Origin: Podarcis vaucheri
Taxonomy: Eukaryota
Assembly: GCA_965113315.1 (NCBI GenBank)
Contig: OZ220363.1
Length of the DNA: 64,000 bases
Reading direction: 5' to 3' (one strand)
Shown here: positions 10,901-21,339 of the stretch, piece by piece
How the letters are laid out: every line of letters begins with the position of its first letter
How positions within the stretch are numbered: the first letter of the stretch is position 1
Notes under the pieces: model-generated
The model's database searches: none
What the model saw: only the letters and a program-made list of their open reading frames with translations
Told to the model about the DNA's origin: nothing
Position numbers and translations under genes: made by a program

Positions 10901-13900
10901 CCGAAGTAACCACAATGAAGGCTGAGTTGCATAGGGCCTGAATGTAACCATTGGTCACCTATTTCCAAGAGATCCCCAGTGCCATTTATACATAAAATAT
11001 ATCATTTCAAAAGAGAGAATGCAGAAACAGTCTGAATGGTATGGAAGAGCTTCATTTCTCAATATGGAATCTGCAGCAAGAAGGGATTACTTAGAGATAC
11101 CCAGTGCAATGCCTTCCAGATGTGGTTGGACTCCAACTCCCATCAGCCCCAGCCAACAGGACCAATGGTCAAGGATGATGGGACTCATTGATGGACTGCA
11201 TCTGGAAGACACCACATTGCCTGCCCTGGTCTACATCATTGGGACTAGAGTGGTCTATCCTCCTCTTCTGTCACTGTTTTAATGCACAGACTACTGACAA
11301 GAACTGGCATAGACTTGCAGGAAAAGTCAACTGCATCTTTCCTTTGTGAAGGCAGAACAGCTGGGACAATCTTACTCAAACAGCAAAGCTCTCAAATAGC
11401 TGTCACCTTTTCATTTTGTGTGTTCACCCTTGGTTCTACTAGGGTCCGCACTCACCTTGAGCAAGGCAGCCTCATTGTAGCGCCGCAGTGTGGCCCCAGC
11501 TGATTTTGGCATAGACCCTTGAGCATCTCTCACTCCTTGGGCTGTCCCTCGGCGAGCTCGCACTGTATACCGATGGAACGTCTTATGCTCCAGCACCTCA
11601 TTTCTGGGAAGAAAGTGACGGTAAGCCTACAGCAAAGACCAACATCCAGAATAATCATCTTAGCATGAATGTCTTCACTAGGAAACAAGTCTAGCCAAAA
11701 TGGACTCAGGTTTTATCCATACCAGGAATATGGAACCTGAGGCCTTCTAGATGTTGCTGGACTCCAACCACCACTGGTCCCAACTAGAATGGCCAATGGT
11801 CAGGGATGATGGGGCTCTGTAGTCTGACACTATCTGGAGGGCCACAGGTTCCCCACTCTTTTGTAAGCAATATCCAGATGGATGGATCAGATGTCTTCGT
11901 TCGTGTTAGGCTGAAGTGGCTTAGGAAAGGATGAAGACCTTTTATCTCACATCCTCAAGCTCACAAAATGGGCTGCTTGATATTGCATGCATCCATGAAG
12001 ACCTCAAGTTTCTCCAGGGAGGAGGTGCTGGTGAGTCAGTATTGAGTGGAGACTGTTTTTGCACACACACATTATGTGGTTGTTCTTGGCTGAATTTGCT
12101 TTGCCTCATCATGATTATGCTTTGCGTCCACTTCTAGCCTTCCTGCCTACTGATAAACTCCTTGAATCCAGGGCATGGAGAACCTGTGGCCCTGAAGATG
12201 ATGTTGGACTACATCTCCAACATCCACCTGGGCATTGGTCATGTTGGCTGGAGATGATGGGAGTTGGAATCCAACATCAGGAAGGCCAAAGGTTCCTCAT
12301 CTGATTTGCACCTTGAATGGGGTCCAGCAGATTACAGATATAAAGCACTCTACATTCCCCACCCACCCAATCTCTCTCTTCATGAACTTCCAGGAAACTG
12401 CTTAGTGGAGACCATGAGATGAGCATTAACACTGGCCTGGAAGCACATGTGGGATCGTGGTTTATCAGCCTTCTGACACAGTCACACTCTTAAGGCAGCT
12501 GTTACAGCTCGCAAGTTGACCCGCATGACAGACATCCCCCTCTGTGTTCTTACCCCTTAAAGACAGCTCCTGCAAAGTGTCCCCCGCCAGCCATTAGGAT
12601 CACCCAGGAGGTTCCTGAGCTCTGTCTCTGAAGGGACGCCACTAGCTCTTCAGGCTCCTCCACACTGCCCTGGATGGACAAAAGACCCCTTCAGTTAGCG
12701 AGAGGTTACTGACTGAGCAATGAGAGCAGCTTTCAGCCTGGCTGTTAAATAGGGATGGGCAGGGTGTTAGCTGGTCCCAAACAGACAAAAGGATTTCAAG
12801 GGATGTTCCCTTCCCACAGAAGTTTTGGAAGTGGGGGAAATGCTTCTTTCATCCTGCAGAAATTCAGGTTTCTTCTAGGAAAGCATCAGGTACAAAACAG
12901 AAAGCATAGCTGTCAACGTTTCCCCTTTTTAAAGGGAAATTCCCTTATTCCAAATAGGATTCCTCGCAAGAAAAGGGAAAAGTTGACAGCTATGAGAAAG
13001 AATAATATCAGGAAAGCAAAATGGGCCAGTTTGATGTTAAAAATTAATGGGCAAGGAAAAGTCAGTCAGGTGACTAGAGGAACTGTGCAGGACTCAAGAG
13101 AGAAACCCACACATTTATGGCAACAAGCCAACACAGGCCCAACTGGCTGAAATTATAATACCTGCTTGGGAGGAAGAGTTTGCAATTAAAGCAAGATAGT
13201 AGATGGGAAAATTAAGACCAACCACTTTTATGCTTATTGCAACAGACACTAGACTTCCTTAAAACCTGGCCACAGCATTATCCTCTTGGTGTGTGTGTGT
13301 GTGTGTGTGTGTGTTCGTGATAGGCATTTATCATTTGGTGAGAGACAGCTGGTAACTAAAACAGGAAGGGACCAAAAGCCAGAAAAGGAATGAGGTCCAG
13401 TAGGCTCTTTGTGACATGCCTTCATAGTGTTTAGCACACAGCGATAGACTGAGATGAGCTGGCCTTGGGCATTTCTGAACAGAACCCGCTGGGAGCGTCG
13501 ACATGGAGAGGGGCTCCGATGACTGCCTTCACTGTTGGGTGGTTCAGATTCATTGTCCAAGTCAGAGTCACTGGAATCCGACCCAGAGATGCTGGAGACA
13601 TCACCTGTGGACCAAGGTAGTAACAGAAAAGAAAATCACACCATCAAGAAGGAAGTGCATCATGTAACGGATTCCAGAAATCCTATTTCTGGAATTTTAT
13701 ATCTGAAACTCCTGCCTACAAGGCAGAAAGACAGAGCATTCTCATGCAAAGAAGACAGTTTGGACTGGTAAAGCTGGAAAATTCTCTACTTAAGACAGCT
13801 CAGGACCACAGCAAGGAGGAAATATATGTGTGGATCTAGACGACTGAGCTCCTTTGGACATACATTTGACTAATGGAGTACGTTGTCATAGCTAGAGTCA

Positions 13901-16900
13901 AACCAAAGGGGTCATTATAGTAATGAACTGGGAAATGAACTAGCATCCCATGCTGGATGAGATTGAGTCTAAGGCACCCATCTGAGACTTATTCTACCCA
14001 GTCTGTTAATGAATGGCTGTGAAGCTGGATGCTTGGAATCTTTGTTAAGGCAAAATGGAGCTCATTAGGACCATCAGAGCTCTTGAGTAGTATTCATAGA
14101 ATAATAAATTTTAGAGTTGAAAGGGACACCAAGGGTCATCTAGTCCAACCCGCCTCAATGGAGCACTCTCAGCTATTGAACCCATATTGTGTGCCTCTCA
14201 CCTGCTTGAGTCTTTGCCTCAAATTCTTCAGCTGTGAGCATGCGGTGACCCAGGAGCCGCTGCTTTAGGTTGAAACGATGCCAATCTAGTCGATAATGCT
14301 CAGTCTGAACAGGAAAAGAAAGGGACAGTGGGAGAGCCAACAAAGGCCACAGTAGTAACTGGTTCAGTGTTCGGCATCTATATCTCAGGCTACATAGGGC
14401 AGGCAAAAGCACCTCTTTGCAATGATCCTGAAATACTGAGTGCTTAGTTAAGGACATAAAACAGTATCTGGGTCAGTCCAATATGGAAGTTGCATATCTG
14501 TTATTACTATGAATCTAGGGACTACAATTCCCATCATAAAAAATCCTATTTGTGTTGTGATTTGGGGGACTTGAAGTCTTAGGAACATAAGAGAAGTCCT
14601 GATAAATTGGACCAAAGGTTCATCTTAGTCCAGCATTCTGCTCTCATAGTGGCTAATTAGATACCTATGGGAAGCCTGCAAACAGGACCCGAGCACAACA
14701 ACACTCTCCCCACTTGTGATTCTCAGCAATTGGTATTTAGACATATTGCCTCCAATAGTAGAGGCAGAACATAGCCATTAAGACTGGGTGCCATTGATAG
14801 CCTTATTCTCTATTACAGGGGTGGGGATTCTTCAAACCATGGGTCTAATTGGATCCACGAGGCTGTTTTCTTCAACATGCCCACTTCCAAACCTCACTTC
14901 ATATGTGACATGAGATTTGGGGCAGGTAAGCAGATGCTTACAAAAGAACAATTGGGAGCTTAAAGTGAGTGCTTGATTGTCCCTATGCAAGCAAGGCTTG
15001 CTGACAGTCCTGAGCAGCACTGTTAATGAGCATCTTTGAAGGCATACTTTGACTGACAGCGAACCTTAAAAAAGCCTTGCAGCAAGTCCCTTTGAAGTCC
15101 TTTTCGGGTGCAATTTGAATCCAAACTGCACCTGCAAACAGACAACAAAGAAGCTTGCTACCACAGATTAGCTGCCTAGCAGTTACAGCTTGGTTAAAGA
15201 AATTGGCCTGGGGAGGATGGAGGAATTAAGGATCTGGCCTGCAGACTGGATCCAGTTCCCCACCCCTGAGTTTGTCTAATCCTCTTTAAGGCCAACCAAG
15301 TTTGTGGCCCTCACTACATCCCAGCAGAAAAAATAGCATAGTTTTAACTATATGATAAAGTCCTTCCTTTTGCCTGCCCTAAATTCCATCAGTCAGCTTT
15401 ATTAGATGACTCGGGGTTCTAATATTACTTTTTTAATTTATATTTTTATACCTTGACGTTCAAAAAAGCAAAAATGCCAAAAGAGAGGGGAGAAAGAATG
15501 TGTTATATCAATGAGAAACAATTTTATGTACAAAATTATCTATCCCTTTTTCATTCAGTACTGAATAAACAAGAGCCATCTCTTGATAAAACAATGTTGC
15601 AAGCTGTTACTTATAGCTTCCCTTTTATATATTAACTGTGGGAGTAATTCAACACTGGTTGTTCTGTCAGTGCAAACATTTCAGCTTTGAAGTCCCAACA
15701 ACCAGCTGACAAATGGGACTTCCGAGTGCAGTGCACGGGATCAAACTACACAACACTTTGAAGCCCTGATGATCAACTGATTGTTGGAACTTTAAAGCAC
15801 TATATCACCAGTCATTGTGAGGTGATTGAAAGGAGAGGTGGCTCCACCCACCTGTCAAATTTCACCAGTGCAGAGCGTAGGGTAGGTTAATTGGGGGGGG
15901 GGGGTTATTGGGTTGTTTTTGTTTTAATTATGTATGTTGTGTTTTTATATTGTGATTTTATCCTGTGAACTGTCCTGAGACCTGCAGGTATAGGGCAGTA
16001 TACAAATTTAATAAATAATAATAGTAGTAGTAGTAGTAGTAGTAGCAGCAGCAGCAGCAGTAGTAATAGAGATAAGGATCTGGCCCACTGGCCATATCCA
16101 GATTCATGCCGTTGATCTACTGGATACTGCATTTCATCTGAGGACAAGAGACAAATGGATTTTTGCACCATCCTGTTTCCACAGAAAGCACTGTTCAAAA
16201 ACATTCAGCAACACCCACCTGCTCCTCTCTATTGTCAAAGGCTTTTGAGCAGGCAGAGCAGTACATCCTGTCTGACACCTCTAAGATCCTACTAGGTCGA
16301 TCTGCTCCCTTAGTCACTGTGGTGAACAGAATGAAAATGAACACAGTTACTGGCACAAATACAGTTATGTATGAAGGAATGTAAATCTTTATTTAACACA
16401 ACTCAAATGTATAACACCTCAGCGAATTCTGAGGGGCTTAAGAATGTGAAAATCCTGATACAGAAGGCTGCATATCTTAAACATTAGAATGAAAACCAAA
16501 AAAGGGAATTGAGAAATATTGTGTGAGAGAGAGTATCACTAACACCTCAATAGGAAGAATCCTGGATGGAATACACAAACAGACCCAGTATTTAGTTTAA
16601 ACATAACTGGTTTTAACTAATTGACAAAGATGAAAAATTACTAAAGCGGCACACTGATGATGTCATAAAGTGACACACTAACAAACACAAAAGGAAACCA
16701 TGGTTTCTCATTACATGAATAAGCCACAGAAAGCCTACAGCTTCCTCTTTTTGTGGTCATGAGGATAAAATCAGAAGCATTTGATTCCCATTTTAAACTA
16801 AAAGTTTTCTAAGATGTTTGAGCTCCGGGAATTGTTGCTTGGTTACCAAGAACAAGCCAAGATCAAACTGTGGTTTCAAATCCTTATGTGTTTTCACCAA

Positions 16901-17110
16901 CTGTAGTTTTAAACTCATGAGTCATGAACTCTGTAAACCTGGTGAACCCTTGGCCAGAACCCTTTCCCAGATATATGGCCCTTTAAAAGCAGTACCTGGA
17001 ATGGCCACCGATGTGACATCTCCTGATGATTCAGTTACAAGGCAAAGTCCATTCATTAAAGCTGCATTCTGAGCTGCATCAAACACAGACAAGGTCTCAG
17101 CAGGCTGCAT
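4970..17110 (-). CDS. ANKZF1: Ankyrin repeat and zinc finger peptidyl-tRNA hydrolase 1 / tRNA endonuclease (Vms1 orthologue, ribosome quality control); complete, 689 aa
   Basis: Coding exons in transcript order: 16996-17110 (ATG at 17110), 16219-16316, 14202-14304, 13420-13604, 12554-12669, 11456-11603, 10623-10845, 10223-10321, 9662-9823, 8335-8430, 7850-8102, 7086-7197, 6231-6398, 5178-5248, 4970-5090 (TAG at 4970-4972). Total 2070 nt with consistent phases. Domains: C2H2 finger CSAC..HYRLDWH; VLRF1 domain with [10 protein letters not shown] and catalytic loop [18 protein letters not shown] (Gln codon 11537-11539); ankyrin repeats ([19 protein letters not shown]); coiled coil; VCP-interacting motif [12 protein letters not shown]; C-terminal CWLC..FCSTNC zinc module. 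Confidence 0.96.
7253..7436. mobile_element. Non-autonomous hAT-like DNA transposon
   Basis: TIRs TAGG(-)CTGCCATA / TATGGCAACCCTA; 8-bp TSD ACCACAGT (7245-7252) / ACCACTGT (7437-7444). Confidence 0.7.
11100..11225. mobile_element. Degenerate palindromic hAT-type MITE (related copies ~11730-11860, 12170-12300, 37905-38035, 47210-47340, 53610-53713)
   Basis: CCTTCCAGATGT..ACTCCCATCA / TGATGGGA..CATCTGGAAG inverted arms, same family as the intact copy at 35114-35249. Confidence 0.7.
11988..12300 (+). pseudogene. Diverged duplicated fragment of ABCB6 (3' half of coding exon 4, donor and start of following intron) inside ANKZF1 intron 11604-12553
   Basis: 11988-12040 matches 53405-53457 at 46/53 nt (peptide [15 protein letters not shown] vs [15 protein letters not shown]). 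12118-12157 matches intronic 53540-53579 at 33/40. Both copies are followed by the same family of palindromic MITE. Confidence 0.85.
12905..12994. mobile_element. 90-bp MITE
   Basis: Perfect 13-bp TIR CATAGCTGTCAAC / GTTGACAGCTATG, flanked by direct repeat AGAAAG (12899-12904, 12995-13000). Confidence 0.8.
14580..15425 (-). mobile_element. CR1-like LINE 3' fragment interrupted by a hAT-like element at 14816-15268
   Basis: CR1-type 3' end text (GAACATAAGAGAAGTCCTG..GGACCAAAGG..TCCAGCATTCTG..GCCATTGATAGCCTTAT[insert]TTTGTCTAATCCTCTT). The insert has TIRs CAGGGGTGGGGA / TCCCCACCCCTG. Confidence 0.65.
15905..16067 (+). repeat. LINE (L2-like) 3' tail ending in compound (AAT)(AGT)(AGC) microsatellite
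   Basis: TGTGAACTGTCCTGAGACC..GGGCAGTATACAAATTTAATAAATAATAAT followed by a trinucleotide run. Confidence 0.6.
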
Positions 17111-17445
17111 GATCTGAGGGAGAAAGAGAGAAAATCAGCAAGCTTTTTTGGAAAGGGACCCTTCACTCCTACGGTTAACAACACATCCAGCTGTTATATC
17201 TCTATAACCAATAAGGAGTTATAAAAAATCTCCTTTGTCCTCAAGGGACAAATGCAAAAAACAGCCCCCACCCCCCAGGGCTGGATTTCTGTGTCTGTAA
17301 CACACAGAAAGTATAATTTTTACAATAGGTGCAGCTTTCTCCTATTTCTCCTATTGACAATGAAGTTGCACCCTTCATTCTCCTTTCCATGGACAGCAAT
17401 TCTTAGGGGGACATATTATTCCGAGCCTATACCAGATATGACAAA

Positions 17446-17670
17446 CAGTGGTACCTTGGGTTAAGTACTTAATTCGTTCCAGAGGTCCGTTCTTAACCTG
17501 AAGCACCACTTTAGCTAATGGTGCCTCCCGCTGCTGCCACGCTGCCAGAGCACGATTTCTGTTCTCATCCTGAAGCAAAGTTCTTAACCCAAGGTACTAT
17601 TTCTGGGTTAGCGGAGTCTGTAACCTGAAGCGTATGTAACCTGAAGTGTATGTAACCCGAGGTACCACTG
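17446..17670. mobile_element. Tc1/mariner (Tigger/pogo-like) MITE
   Basis: TIRs CAGTGGTACCT(T)GGGTTA / TAACCCGAGGTACCACTG followed by TA. Same family as 43933-44158, in the opposite orientation. Confidence 0.85.
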
Positions 17671-19062
17671 TATAGGCTAAAGGCTTCTATTTCTTATTAT
17701 AAATACATGGTAGGGCAGTAAGCGGGTTGTTTTGTAAACAGCTTTGAGGGTGTGTGTGTGTCTGTTTTAGCAACCAAGCAATGAATACATTTTATGAAAT
17801 AAATAAACAAAACAAAACAAGCACAACCCTAAATCTGCCTGTTTTAGGTCAAATCAATTATTCTTGGAGACACCTTTTCCCCTCAGATTCATGAAAGTGC
17901 ACCTGCATACATGGTTACCTGTGAAGAACATTTTGTGCATATTGTCACTGAAGTTCCTTCTAAATCAGGGCTAAATTCTATTACTGTATTGAGGCCCTAC
18001 TCCTTTCATATTTTAATATCTTTTGGCCCTGGTACAACACTGAAATAAGAAGTTGCTGGGGCAGAAATAATCAATTCTATTTTACAACAGCATAAGATAC
18101 TAAGCTCTGGGATCAGATGACCAGCACACAGTTGCTCTCAAACTTTCTGTGTCCCAACTAGTGTCCAAAAGATCCAAAATCTCTTGGTGCCTCTATGATA
18201 TGTCTCAATTTCCTAGTGGTGCTTGCAACAGATATTATTACAGTATTAAAAGTCTTTAACGGTTAGTCAAGAGCTGGAAAGAGTTAGTCTGAAAAGCTGT
18301 GTGTCTTGGAGAATTGTGCAGTAGTTCACTCACAACTGTACTGAGGTGCAACTGTGCACTAAAAATAATGACCAGGTCAAGGAAGGTCAGAAAATGAAGG
18401 ATACGTCAGCTGTTTCAGACTGACTGATAAGTCATTCACCCCACCAAAGGTGAAGGTGGGGCAGAAAGGTCACCCAACCAGTTGTGCAGGCTACATACAC
18501 AGTCCCAGAGTCAAGTATAAGAAGATCACATCATTTGTCTACACTGCAAGCAGCAACATAACAACAGAGCAAGAGACAGAGGAAAAAACTTCTCACGAGT
18601 CATAATCGAGACACAGAAACCACAGGACAAAACAGGCTAGCTATTATTATTTTAATTACTTAAGGCTAGCTATTGAGTCATAAGGATTACACATGCACAA
18701 GAAGTTACAGCAAAGGAAGAAAAGGCCAGTGCGGGTGGGGGCCGACAAGTGTCAAGAAAATCAATCAGGGTATTTGTCAGGGTATTTTCCCCCCTGGGGG
18801 AAAAACCAACAATATCCTTTGACATGCTATTAAAGTATCCCAAGAATTCTTTGAGATAAGTATTAGTCCTGAGAGCAGAGCCACCATTCACTGCCAGGGG
18901 TTCATATGACGGGGTGAACCATTGTTCAGGCGCCGTGTCAGCTGCCACGTTCAGCAGGGCTGGTGGAGAAATGCAGCGGGGAAGAGGCCAAGAGAGGTAA
19001 GCCGCGCCACCCCGAGCGTTTCAGGAGGCCCCGGGGATGCTGGCGGAACAGGGGGCGCTTAC

Positions 19063-19130
19063 CACTCTCCGGGCTGGAAAGCACACGAGGCGCCCCTGCT
19101 TGTCTGGCTGCGGACCTTCGCCCTCTGGCG
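19063..19130 (-). other. ANKZF1: Probable non-coding first exon of ANKZF1 (5' end approximate)
   Basis: Minus-strand donor GTG|GTAAGC at 19062 inside the CpG island. The start-codon exon has an acceptor (17114-17115) only 3 nt before the ATG, so an upstream non-coding exon is required. Confidence 0.7.
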
Positions 19131-19329
19131 CACGTCACTTCCGTTTGTCACGGACCCCGCCCTCTCCCGTCGGAGACAATCCTTTCCCCGCCCCGCCTCC
19201 TCCCCTTCCTCCCCCCACCGCAGCTTTCCCATTGGCCCTCCCCGAGCCCACCTCCTCGTCCTTTCCCGGCCTTCCATTGGCAGCGGAAAGCGCCCGCCGG
19301 TCGGGACAAGGGAGGAGGCGAGTGGGGCG

Positions 19330-19426
19330 GAGAGAGAGAGAGAGAGTGACAGACAGAGCCTGGGAAGTCGCGGCGGCGGAGGAGGCTGAGCCCCGGGTCC
19401 GGTCACTAGGGGCGACTGTCCTGGAG
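19330..19426 (+). other. ATG9A: Probable non-coding first exon of ATG9A (5' end approximate)
   Basis: Strong donor GAG|GTGAGC at 19427 in the CpG island. The start-codon exon begins with an acceptor at 24286-24287. Confidence 0.75.
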
Positions 19427-19867
19427 GTGAGCCGCGCAGTCGCCGCCGGGAAAGGGATGGCCGGGGGGGGGGAGGACGGGGACGTGGGCCTCGCCTTGGA
19501 ACCCCCGCCGCGCCGCCTCCCTCCCGCTTCCCAAGTAAACAACCTCCGAGGAAGGCCCCTCCCGGCCCGGCTCAGCCAAAACAAAACAGCCTCGGAGGAG
19601 CTGCCTGGGGCCGCCCAAGGAAAAGGCCCCCCCCCCGGTCCCTCTCTCTGCAGCGGTGCCTTTCCAACTTGGGAGGAGGGATCCGGCGGATGAGCTGGCT
19701 CCCCTCCGGCTCTTCCTCACCTGGCGAAGCAGGCCGTCTCGCCCTGGATTCCCTCTCTTTTGATTCGCGGCGCCGGGGGAGCAGAACCAGCCCCTTCTTC
19801 GCCAATCAACCCTACAAAAGGGGCCTGGAGCTGGTCCTGTTTCCGGTTGGAGAGTGTTGAGTGGAAC

Positions 19868-20134
19868 CAGTGCTGGATTTACGTATAAATTTTGGGGCCC
19901 CAAAAAAAATTAAAAGGAAAAAAACACCAAAATATAAGATAAAACTAAATAAATTAAAACCCACATACAGCAACAGTGTTTTGTGTTGTGTATGGACCTA
20001 TTAGGTCCATAAATTACCATATAGCATATATTCAACACAAAAAACAGGAACAATTTGTTGCTGACAGCTGGACATATAAAGGGCCCTATTACCTTCAGTA
20101 GCTTAGGGCCTCAGCAAACCTAAATCCAGCCCTG
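19868..20134. mobile_element. Non-autonomous hAT transposon in ATG9A intron 1
   Basis: TIRs CAGTGCTGGATTTA / TAAATCCAGCCCTG; perfect 8-bp TSD AGTGGAAC (19860-19867, 20135-20142). Confidence 0.88.
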
Positions 20135-20236
20135 AGTGGAACCAGAAGCCTCCAAGGGTCATCCTGCCAGCCAAACGGCCACATGCCCCTTGAAAGTCTC
20201 CATCTCCAGTGTACATCCTGCCTTTTTTCTTTTCAG

Positions 20237-20343
20237 GCAGGGGGGAAAAGCACATTGGGGATCCAAGGCTAGAGATGCCAGTCAGATGCCCAGAGCACAG
20301 CACAAGCAGGGGGTTCCTGCAGCACTAGGGGTAGATGGAGCAG
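20237..20343 (+). other. ATG9A: Putative non-coding second exon of ATG9A
   Basis: Long polypyrimidine tract + CAG acceptor (20235-20236) and consensus donor CAG|GTGAGT at 20344. Confidence 0.6.
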
Positions 20344-21339
20344 GTGAGTCTCTCAGTGTGTGTGTGTGTGTGTGCACCATGTGCATAGGTGTTGCTTCAA
20401 GAGGGATTTATTTTGCCATTTGTTTTTGTCTGTCTGAATTGTAGTAGCTTACACCAAGTAAGATGGGTGTGCCCTTCCTGTAGCTGTAGGCACTGCATCT
20501 ACATGAGTCAAAGTACATGGTAAATAAGGAGAAATATTTAAGAATGGGTGTGGTTGTTTTTATTTGCAAAAGTGGCAAGAATATATGTACATGCTCTGAA
20601 TTAAGAAAAATCATTTGACATGCTGTTACAGTATCCCAAGGATCCTTTAATCCAAGTGTGGGTTGAAACTTTGTAGTAGTCCATGGGTGAATCACTGATT
20701 TCTGGTTGGCCTGCTGGTTGGTAGAATTCTTGCCAAGAATGTGGGAGTAGGCTAACTCTGGTCTTATCCAACAATACATGTCTTATCTACTAAGGCAAGA
20801 ATGGATACGTTCGATCGCTTGTTGAAAAGAAAGAGAGAAGAGGTCACACATGACTGTAGTCCGCCCATGTTCTAGTCATGACAGACAGTTAAAAGTTCTA
20901 AATATCCTAAATGATTGTGCTGTAGAACATTTGGTCATGGAACTTATCTGAGACGCGACCCTGAACTTACTCGTAAGTGGTGCCAGTACTTTGTGCAATA
21001 TTTTAAGTGTTGTTCAACTAGTTGGAAACAGTAACCAAAAAGTTATCAAATTCAACATATATGTAAGCAGAGTAGAGAATGGCTAAGGATGTCCACAGTC
21101 ACATTTGACTTCAAAAAATGAAATCTCAAAAATGAAATGATTGGTTGAAAGTCAAGTTGAAAGTGAAAGACTAGAGGGTCAAATCTCTCCAAAGCATAGC
21201 TCGAATGTATACTGCAAGTCAGGGAAGATGCTAGTGTAATAGAAGCAAGGAAGCTGTTAGAGGCAATAAGGCTTCTTCCTTTCACAAAATGGGAGGTCTT
21301 GCTCAATTAAGGAGAACAAAATGGAACACATGCTTGCAA

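Larger units (their letters stand above)
18930..19800. promoter_or_regulatory. CpG island / bidirectional ANKZF1-ATG9A promoter
   Basis: Very GC- and CpG-rich. Divergent first-exon donors at 19062 (-) and 19427 (+). Core 19130-19330 contains CACGTCACTTCCG (overlapping CRE half-site/ETS, 19131-19143), GC boxes (CCCCGCCCCGCC ~19186-19197), two inverted CCAAT boxes (ATTGG ~19231 and ~19276) and no TATA. Confidence 0.9.

Noticed and set aside
18922-19903. Many long overlapping ORFs (up to 218 aa) in the ANKZF1/ATG9A promoter
   Set aside because: Stop-codon scarcity in a GC-rich CpG island; low-complexity Pro/Gly/Arg translations with no recognisable domain.
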